From Dickeya dadantii NCPPB 898 (GTDB lineage: Bacteria > Pseudomonadota > Gammaproteobacteria > Enterobacterales > Enterobacteriaceae), in the NCBI RefSeq assembly GCF_000406145.1, contig NZ_CM001976.1:927260-959259 (forward strand): a stretch of DNA of 32,000 bases, in the 5' to 3' direction. The notes under the pieces were generated by a model. The model saw nothing but the letters and a program-made list of their open reading frames with translations, was not told the origin of the DNA and did no database searches. Of the stretch, positions 25,910 through 32,000 are shown piece by piece (position 1 is the first letter of the stretch; the number at the start of each line of letters is the position of its first letter). The translations under genes were made by a program, and so were the position numbers.

Positions 25910-26884
25910 TTATGGCTTCAACTGACGGTCCAGAAACTGAATCACTTTCTGCATGATTTCCGGTTGCAGCCAGTAAACGCCGCCATGCTCCGCGCCTTTC
26001 ACCACGTAATAGGTGCTGTCGATGCCGTGGGCTATCAGCGCCCGGTGCAGGATTTCGGTCTGACGGGGGGACACCAGCGTGTCGGCGCTGCCGTGCATGA
26101 TCAAAAACGGCGGGGTATGCTGGCCGATGTAGGTGATCGGGTTGGCGGCGGCGGTTTTCTCCGGGAAGCGGGTAATCGGGCCGCCGTCATTGAACACCGA
26201 GGTGCCGTTGACCCAAATGGCTTCGGTGGAGGACGGCGAGGCGTGTTTCTGCACCACTTCATCCGGGAAGCCTTCGCCGACGCGGGTCAGGTCCGACAGA
26301 CCGTAGAAATCGATCACCGCCTGTACCTGGCTGCTCTGGTCGAGGTGTTCGCCGCGGTCAAATTGCTTGTTGCCGTTGGTGGTGCCGGCAAACGCCGCCA
26401 GATAGCCGCCGGCGGAAGCGCCGAATACCGCCACATGACCGGCATCGATGCCGAATTTGCCCGCGTTGGCGCGCAGGTAACGAATGGCGGATTTCACGTC
26501 TTCCAGCGGTGCCGGGAACAGCACGGTCGGTGCCACGCGGTATTCCATGCTGGCTACCACGTAGCCGGCTTCCGCCAGTTTCAGCCGCTGCTGGATGTAA
26601 CTGTCTTTATTGGCGTTGATGAAGCCGCCGCCGGTGATAAACAACACGGCGGGCTGCGGTGATTTTGTTTCCGGCTGCAGAATGTCCATCTTCAATGCCA
26701 CGTTGGCATAACCGCGCATCGGCACCTGGGCGTAAACCACGTCGGAAATCAGTTTAACCGACGGCTGGCGCGGGGTCAGGGTCAGTTCATGAATGTTGTC
26801 TGCGGCCATGGCGCTGGTCACCTGTGCGGCTCCGGTAATCGTAACAGCGGACAACAGTAGCATTTTTAGCGGGAGGGTACGCAT
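25910..26884 (-). CDS. Secreted alpha/beta-hydrolase esterase (carbohydrate/feruloyl/acetyl-esterase-like fold)
   Basis: 324 aa. Signal peptide MRTLPLKMLLLSAVTITGAAQVTSAMA, oxyanion region VLFITGGGF, nucleophile elbow GASAGG, and a C-terminal HGSADTLV block carrying the Asp, with a His further on. Confidence 0.85.
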   Translation of the reverse strand: MRTLPLKMLLLSAVTITGAAQVTSAMAADNIHELTLTPRQPSVKLISDVVYAQVPMRGYANVALKMDILQPETKSPQPAVLFITGGGFINANKDSYIQQRLKLAEAGYVVASMEYRVAPTVLFPAPLEDVKSAIRYLRANAGKFGIDAGHVAVFGASAGGYLAAFAGTTNGNKQFDRGEHLDQSSQVQAVIDFYGLSDLTRVGEGFPDEVVQKHASPSSTEAIWVNGTSVFNDGGPITRFPEKTAAANPITYIGQHTPPFLIMHGSADTLVSPRQTEILHRALIAHGIDSTYYVVKGAEHGGVYWLQPEIMQKVIQFLDRQLKP

Positions 26885-26972
26885 GAAGTATTCCTTAAAA
26901 TTATTATTTAGCCGATGCTTGTCGTATCAATACAGGAAGGAAAAAATCAGGAGGCAGGCTATCACAGCTGGG

Positions 26973-26993
26973 ATTAATACAAATGTGCTTAAT
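26973..26993. promoter_or_regulatory. Candidate LTTR box (ATTAA-N11-TTAAT) in the esterase/LysR divergent region
   Basis: attaatacaaatgtgcttaat contains the T-N11-A dyad typical of LysR-type operators. Confidence 0.3.
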
Positions 26994-27058
26994 CTCACAT
27001 TAGTATTTTTGTAATTTCATATAATTATTATTCGTTAAGGTTATAAATAAATATAATC

Positions 27059-27961
27059 ATGATAAGTATAAAGCGAGCACTCTATTACCATGAGCTGGTG
27101 CGTAAAGGGAGTTTTACCCGCGCGGCCAAATCACTCAATATCTCACAGGCGTTTCTCTCCCAGGAAATATCCCGGCTGGAGCAGGAACTGGAAAGGAAAC
27201 TGATTAACCGCACTACCCGGCAATTTGCGTTGACGCCATTCGGCGAAGCGTTTGACGAAAAAATAAAACCGTTGATTCGGGAATATTATGATGTCGAACA
27301 ATTTGTGCAATCGTACGAAGACAGTCAGGACGGTGCCCTAATGGTGGGGGTAATTCCGATCTTCAACCGGCTGAGATATTACGATGTCTTCACGCTGTTC
27401 CAAAAGCAGCATCCGAATATCGAACTGTCCTTTATTGATGGCGTCAGCAGCGACCTGCTGGAAAAGGTCAGAAACGCCGAGATCCACGTGTCGCTTTCCA
27501 CGCCGTTTGACGACTACCTACAGGATCCGCTGTTTAACCACACCATCTTTCTGGACGACAATCTGGTGGCGGTGATGGCGGCTGACCATCTGCTGGCGGA
27601 TCAACCGAGCCTGACGCTCAATCAACTGGCGCAGGAGCGGCCGATCGTGCCGCAGAAGGGCACCGGCGAACATGCGGCGGTGTCGGCGGCGTTCAGCCGC
27701 GCCGGGTTGGAAGACACCTGCTTTCGGGAGTGCAGCAATCTCGACATCATTATGGATCTGGTGATGCACCACGGCGGGGTGGTGTTTCTGTGTTCGTCGG
27801 TGGCAAACAGCCTGAAAGGGTACGATATCGTGATTCGCCCGGTGGCGACGCCGATCACCCGTACGTTTGCGGTCAGTTACCTTAAACGCAGCGCCGGTAT
27901 TCCGATGGTGCGCCGCTTTCTGGATTTTATGGAGCGGCATCATCCGATGCTGCGCGGATAA
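27059..27961 (+). CDS. LysR-family transcriptional regulator
   Basis: 300 aa. wHTH LYYHELVRKGSFTRAAKSLNISQAFLSQEISRLEQELERKLINRTTR followed by an LTTR effector domain. Divergent from the esterase gene. Confidence 0.88.
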   Translation: MISIKRALYYHELVRKGSFTRAAKSLNISQAFLSQEISRLEQELERKLINRTTRQFALTPFGEAFDEKIKPLIREYYDVEQFVQSYEDSQDGALMVGVIPIFNRLRYYDVFTLFQKQHPNIELSFIDGVSSDLLEKVRNAEIHVSLSTPFDDYLQDPLFNHTIFLDDNLVAVMAADHLLADQPSLTLNQLAQERPIVPQKGTGEHAAVSAAFSRAGLEDTCFRECSNLDIIMDLVMHHGGVVFLCSSVANSLKGYDIVIRPVATPITRTFAVSYLKRSAGIPMVRRFLDFMERHHPMLRG

Positions 27962-28032
27962 CGGCTCATGGAAAAACACAGCAACAATCGGGCGACGACG
28001 ATCGCCCGATAAGCTTGAACGCAATCAGCGGC

Positions 28033-28239
28033 TCAGCTACGGCCCAGACGCATCAACTCTTCCGGTGCGAAATAGCCGTTAACGCCTTTCAGTTCGACAC
28101 ATCTGGCATGGCGCACTTCGTCCTGTGGCAGATTTTCGGCGTGAATGGCGGCGATGGTGCCTACCAGATGTGAACCGTTCTGCATAACCCGGCAGCCAGT
28201 GTCGAGCGGATTTCTGTATCTGTCATACGCTGTATACAT
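28033..28239 (-). CDS. Small hypothetical protein (68 aa)
   Basis: The track ORF (98 aa) has an internal ATG at 28237-28239 preceded by AAGGAGG with a 6-nt spacer. Product: MYTAYDRYRNPLDTGCRVMQNGSHLVGTIAAIHAENLPQDEVRHARCVELKGVNGYFAPEELMRLGRS. No family recognised. Confidence 0.5.
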   Translation of the reverse strand: MYTAYDRYRNPLDTGCRVMQNGSHLVGTIAAIHAENLPQDEVRHARCVELKGVNGYFAPEELMRLGRS

Positions 28240-28393
28240 TATTACCTCCTTCGTTTGACGACAAAAACCGTTCCCGATCCTACTGCCGACCAGTCGTGCG
28301 GGCCAGAACGGCGGCTGGTTTATGCGCAATTCCTCTATCCCGGCACGCCGTTGTAACGCCGGGGAGTAAAACCGGCCGTCTGGCTACATACCG

Positions 28394-29380
28394 TTAACGC
28401 ACGATCAGCGTCGGTTTAATACGGACGGTTTCCCCTTTCTGCGCCTCGCCGCTCAGCACCCGTTGCAGATGGCGCATGACCTGCGCCACCAACAGCTCTA
28501 CCGGCTGGCGGACGGTGGTTAGCCGGTATCCTTCCCAGGCCGCCTGCGGGGTGTCGTCGCAGCCCACCACCTTGCACGCCGGGCCGCCGGTCAGACGCAG
28601 GGCGTCAAGGGCGCCGAAGGCCAGCGCGTCGCAGGCGCAGAACACGCCTTCGATCGTCGGATGCTGTTGCTGCAACCGGCACATGGCGTGATAGCCGCTG
28701 TGGTAGGCGTAATCCGGATTATCCGTCACGACAGGCTCCGGCAGGCCGTGATGGGCCAGTCGCTGGCGAAAACCCGCCAGCCGCTCTAGCGACGCCTGCC
28801 CGTCCTGACGGCCGCCGATATACGCCAGCCGGGTCAGCCCCAGCGAGATCAGGTGATCCGCCGCCAGCTCGCCCGCCAGCCGGTTATCGGACAGCACCGC
28901 GGTGACGGTTTCTCGCTGATCCTCGCGGCCCATCAGCACCATCGGCAGCGACAGCTCCAGACAGCGGCCGGTGGCCTCCCGCGACAGGCTGCCCGCGGAG
29001 ATGATCGCCGCTTCCACCTGCCACGACTGCGCCTGCTGCAAGCGGGCGCGGATGTCGCACTGTTCGGTGACGCTGACCAGCATCGGCACCAGCCCGTGCT
29101 GTTGCAATGCCTGAGTCAGCAGGCTGAACAGCCAGGGCTGGAACGGGTTGTCGAACTCGCCCATCACCACCGCCACGATGCCGGAGCCATGCCGCCCGGA
29201 ATTGACCAGCGCCCGCGCCAGCGCATTAGGGCGATAGCCCAGTTGATCCGCTGCCGCCAGTACCCTTGAGCGGGTTGCCTGACTGACCTTACCCGGCGCG
29301 GAATAGGTGCGTGATACCGCCGATGCCGAAACGCCGGCGCAGCGGGCGACGTCAATCGAGGTGATGCGTTTCTTATTCAT
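28394..29380 (-). CDS. LacI-family transcriptional regulator
   Basis: 328 aa. HTH ITSIDVARCAGVSASAVSRTYS followed by a periplasmic-binding-protein-like sugar domain. The start overlaps the MBL gene stop (ATGAATAA). Confidence 0.9.
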   Translation of the reverse strand: MNKKRITSIDVARCAGVSASAVSRTYSAPGKVSQATRSRVLAAADQLGYRPNALARALVNSGRHGSGIVAVVMGEFDNPFQPWLFSLLTQALQQHGLVPMLVSVTEQCDIRARLQQAQSWQVEAAIISAGSLSREATGRCLELSLPMVLMGREDQRETVTAVLSDNRLAGELAADHLISLGLTRLAYIGGRQDGQASLERLAGFRQRLAHHGLPEPVVTDNPDYAYHSGYHAMCRLQQQHPTIEGVFCACDALAFGALDALRLTGGPACKVVGCDDTPQAAWEGYRLTTVRQPVELLVAQVMRHLQRVLSGEAQKGETVRIKPTLIVR

Positions 29381-30140
29381 GTTCCGAGTCCCTGATGACG
29401 TGCCAATACCCGTTGCGGCACTGCGCCCGGTCGCCCTGTTCCGGCAGAAACACGCCGGGCGAGGCGGCGATAACCTGTTGCAGCGCCGCTTTTTGCGACT
29501 GTTGAACGTGGTACAGGCCCAGCGGCGCGCCCGGTTTTCGCGTCAGCGTCTGCACCTGCGGCCAGTTGCCGTGGTAGGCATTGTCCGCCGCCTGCGGCGA
29601 AAAACACTCCACCAGCGCCAGATCCGACTGTGCCAGTAACGCGGCGCCCGCAGGCGTCAGCTGGCCGTCGCCGCTGTAGAACAGCGACCCCTGTTCGCCG
29701 TCGAGCCACAGGGAACGGTTGGGCACCGAGTGGCGGGTCGGCGCGGTCTGGCAACGCCACGGACCCAGTTCGTTCAGGCTTTCGCTGTCCTGCCAGTTAA
29801 GGGCAAACAGCGGCCGGCCGGCGGGCCAGAAGGCGAAATCCGCCAGACGCTGCAACGGCGGCAATTGCTGACGCGGCGCGATAATCGCCAGCGGCGCGGT
29901 GCGCCCACAGGATTCGCACCAGTTGAGCCAGGTGGTCAGGCCGAGCGCGTGGTCGGGGTGAGCGTGGGTAATGTAGATGGCGTGAATGTCGTCCGGCGCG
30001 GTCTGGCGCTGCCACAGCGCCTGCGGTACGGTCGGACCGCAATCCACCAGCAGTTGGAATCCGCCTTCGCTGACCCGTATCGCGGCGTTGACCCGCTGGC
30101 TGTCGTAAGCTTCGCCGCTGCCGAGAATCTCAAGCTCCAT
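29373..30140 (-). CDS. MBL-fold metallo-hydrolase
   Basis: 255 aa. HxHxDH motif ITHAHPDHALGL and LVDCGP near the N-terminus. It overlaps the upstream ATPase gene by 11 nt. Confidence 0.85.
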   Translation of the reverse strand: MELEILGSGEAYDSQRVNAAIRVSEGGFQLLVDCGPTVPQALWQRQTAPDDIHAIYITHAHPDHALGLTTWLNWCESCGRTAPLAIIAPRQQLPPLQRLADFAFWPAGRPLFALNWQDSESLNELGPWRCQTAPTRHSVPNRSLWLDGEQGSLFYSGDGQLTPAGAALLAQSDLALVECFSPQAADNAYHGNWPQVQTLTRKPGAPLGLYHVQQSQKAALQQVIAASPGVFLPEQGDRAQCRNGYWHVIRDSEHE

Positions 30141-31218
30141 GCTGGCCCTCCTGCCCGGTGAACAACGAGGGCTGCGGCAAGCGCTGACCGGCGGCGTCGA
30201 ACCAGTGGCAGCGTTCCGGCGCGACCTGCAACGCCAATTCCTGGCCGATGTGCGCCGGCTGGCGGCTTTCCACCACCAGCGTCAGGCAAGGTTCGTGGAT
30301 GAAGTGGCCGTGCAGGTGATAGTGCGCGCCCAGATTTTCCACCAGATCGACCTGAAACGTCGGGATGCCCGCGGCGATGTCAAAGGCGTCCGGGCGAATG
30401 CCGAGGGTGACGGCGCGTTCATCCCGTTCCAGGCGTTGCAGCCACGGCGACAAAATTTGATTGGGCGACGGCATTTGGCCGGGCGACAGCGGAAAGAAAT
30501 TCATTTCCGGCGTGCCGATAAACCCGGCGACAAAGGTATTGGCGGGATGGTGGTACAGTTCTTCCGGCGTACCCTGCTGGGCGATGCGGCCCTCGTGCAG
30601 CACCACGATGCGGTCGGCCAGCGTCATCGCCTCCACCTGATCGTGGGTGACGTAAATCATGGTGGCGGCTAACTGTTGATGCAGCGCTTTTAACTGCACG
30701 CGGGTATGGGTGCGAAGTTTGGCGTCCAGATTGGACAGCGGTTCGTCAAACAGAAACAGGCGCGGCTTGCGCACGATGGCGCGGCCAATCGCCACCCGCT
30801 GACGCTGGCCGCCGGAGAGCGCGCCGGGCTTACGGTGCAGCAACGGCGTCAGTTGTAGCATTTCCGCCACCTGCGCCACTTTCTCTTCAATCGCCTGACG
30901 CCGTTCGCCCGCCATCTTCAGCGCGAAACCCATGTTTTCCGCCACGGTCATGTGCGGATAAAGCGCGTAGGACTGAAACACCATCGCCATTTCCCGCTGG
31001 CCCGGCGGCTGGCGCGAAATATCCTCGTCGCCCAGCATGATTTGCCCGCTGTCCTGTTCCTCCAACCCGGCGATGGTGCGCAGCAGGGTTGATTTCCCGC
31101 AGCCGGACGGGCCGACGAACACCACCAGTTCTCCCTGTCGGATATGCAGGTCGATGCCGTGCAGCACCGGCTGACGACCGTAACGCTTGGCGACCTGATG
31201 TAACCGTAATTCACTCAT
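30130..31218 (-). CDS. Sugar ABC transporter ATP-binding protein (MalK/UgpC/MsmX type)
   Basis: 362 aa. Walker A GPSGCGKSTLLR, signature LSGGQRQRVAIGRA, Walker B LFLFDEPLSNLD, and a C-terminal TOBE-like regulatory domain. Confidence 0.92.
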   Translation of the reverse strand: MSELRLHQVAKRYGRQPVLHGIDLHIRQGELVVFVGPSGCGKSTLLRTIAGLEEQDSGQIMLGDEDISRQPPGQREMAMVFQSYALYPHMTVAENMGFALKMAGERRQAIEEKVAQVAEMLQLTPLLHRKPGALSGGQRQRVAIGRAIVRKPRLFLFDEPLSNLDAKLRTHTRVQLKALHQQLAATMIYVTHDQVEAMTLADRIVVLHEGRIAQQGTPEELYHHPANTFVAGFIGTPEMNFFPLSPGQMPSPNQILSPWLQRLERDERAVTLGIRPDAFDIAAGIPTFQVDLVENLGAHYHLHGHFIHEPCLTLVVESRQPAHIGQELALQVAPERCHWFDAAGQRLPQPSLFTGQEGQHGA

Positions 31219-31227
31219 CCGCGAGTC

Positions 31228-32000
31228 CTATTTCTGGCTGACGGCGAAGCCGCGCAGCAAATAACGTTGAACAAAGCCCGCCACCAGCAGCACCGGCAGC
31301 GAAGACAGCAGCCCGATGCCCATCAGTTCTCCCCAGTAGATCTGGTTTTCGGTCATGAAGTTGGCGATAAACAGCGGCAGCGTGAACTGCTGCGGGGTTT
31401 GCAGGTACAGCAGGGCGAACAGAAATTCGTTCCACGCCATGATCAGAGTGAAGATCGCCGTGGCGACCAGACCGGGGGCGCACACCGGCAGCACGATGTA
31501 GCGCAGCCGTCGCCACAGCCCGGCGCCGTCCATCGCCGCCGCCTCTTCCAGCGACAGCGGCACGTCGCGGATAAAACTGAGCAGCATCCAGATGCAAAAC
31601 GGCAGGGTATAGACCTGATAAGCCAGCATCAGCCCGGTCAGGCTGTTGAGCAGGTGCAGCGATTTGAGCAGCGAATAGAGCGGGATCGCCACTACCATCG
31701 GCGGCATCATCTTGATCAGCAGCACCAGCAGCAGGAACAGACTGTCGAGCCGCGCCGGAAAGCGGTGGCGCGCCAGCGTGTAGGCGGCCAGAAACCCGGT
31801 CAGCAGCGATAACGCCGTAGCGCCGGCGGCCACCCACAACGTATTAAACAGCCGTGCGCCGACGCCGTTATTCAGCAGGCTTTTCAGGTGAGTGAGCGTC
31901 CACTGTTGCGGCCAGAACGGGCTGGCAAGGCTGGAGAATTCGGCGGTGGACTTAAACGCCGCCGCCACCATCCACAGGATCGGCAGGGTGAAAAACAGCA
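31228..32000 (-). CDS. Carbohydrate ABC transporter permease (5' end beyond the window)
   Basis: Multi-TM protein with an EAA-like loop (LSLEEAAAMDGAGLWRRLRYIVLP). The frame stays open upstream of the track's first Met (..LFFTLPILWMVAAAFK), so the gene continues past 32000. Confidence 0.88.
   Translation of the reverse strand, partial: LFFTLPILWMVAAAFKSTAEFSSLASPFWPQQWTLTHLKSLLNNGVGARLFNTLWVAAGATALSLLTGFLAAYTLARHRFPARLDSLFLLLVLLIKMMPPMVVAIPLYSLLKSLHLLNSLTGLMLAYQVYTLPFCIWMLLSFIRDVPLSLEEAAAMDGAGLWRRLRYIVLPVCAPGLVATAIFTLIMAWNEFLFALLYLQTPQQFTLPLFIANFMTENQIYWGELMGIGLLSSLPVLLVAGFVQRYLLRGFAVSQK

Noticed and set aside
28240-28329. 30-codon N-terminal extension of the small ORF (track start 28329)
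   Set aside because: The internal ATG at 28239 has a consensus AAGGAGG RBS, and the upstream extension has none.
1-32000. CRISPR arrays, IS elements, integrases, prophage genes, tRNA/rRNA genes, and defence-system hallmarks (nucleases, helicases, reverse transcriptases, toxin-antitoxin pairs)
   Set aside because: None was recognised on either strand. The only multi-copy sequences are the two structured repeats and the 19-bp tandem array.

Overview
GC-rich chromosomal segment from an Enterobacterales genome. Protein identities and gene order resemble E. coli, but several E. coli neighbourhoods are juxtaposed. No rRNA, tRNA, CRISPR array, transposase, integrase or phage gene was recognised.

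Gene content, left to right:
- crr-ptsI-ptsH-cysK-cysZ on the minus strand. crr runs off the left edge and appears to carry a +1 frameshift.
- zipA, followed by a yjeH-like amino-acid exporter rather than ligA.
- ubiK, divergent from an FMN riboswitch and ribB.
- A nitrosative-stress neighbourhood: long-form tehB with an NsrR-like operator, and norW-norV divergent from norR with a sigma-54 promoter and GT-N7-AC NorR boxes.
- A class I fumarate hydratase.
- A LysR regulator divergent from a PACE (AceI-like) efflux protein.
- A short AlkA-like glycosylase divergent from alkB.
- A tightly packed minus-strand cluster nrfC-nrfD-MFS-FMN_bind-FAD flavoprotein, behind a ~480 bp AT-rich region with four exact-phase 19-bp tandem repeats.
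- A secreted alpha/beta esterase divergent from a second LysR regulator.
- An orphan 68-aa gene.
- A translationally coupled sugar ABC permease-ATPase-MBL hydrolase-LacI operon that runs off the right edge.

Most interesting observations:
1. The nrfCD genes have no nrfAB. They are fused to a Sec-exported split flavin reductase, which makes this a candidate new quinol-linked periplasmic reductase.
2. A ~420-490 bp highly structured modular repeat occurs twice (14222-14637 and 18991-19476), with a perfectly conserved core.
3. The 19-bp tandem array lies upstream of nrfC.

All calls come from reading the sequence and remembered family sequences. No database search was run.
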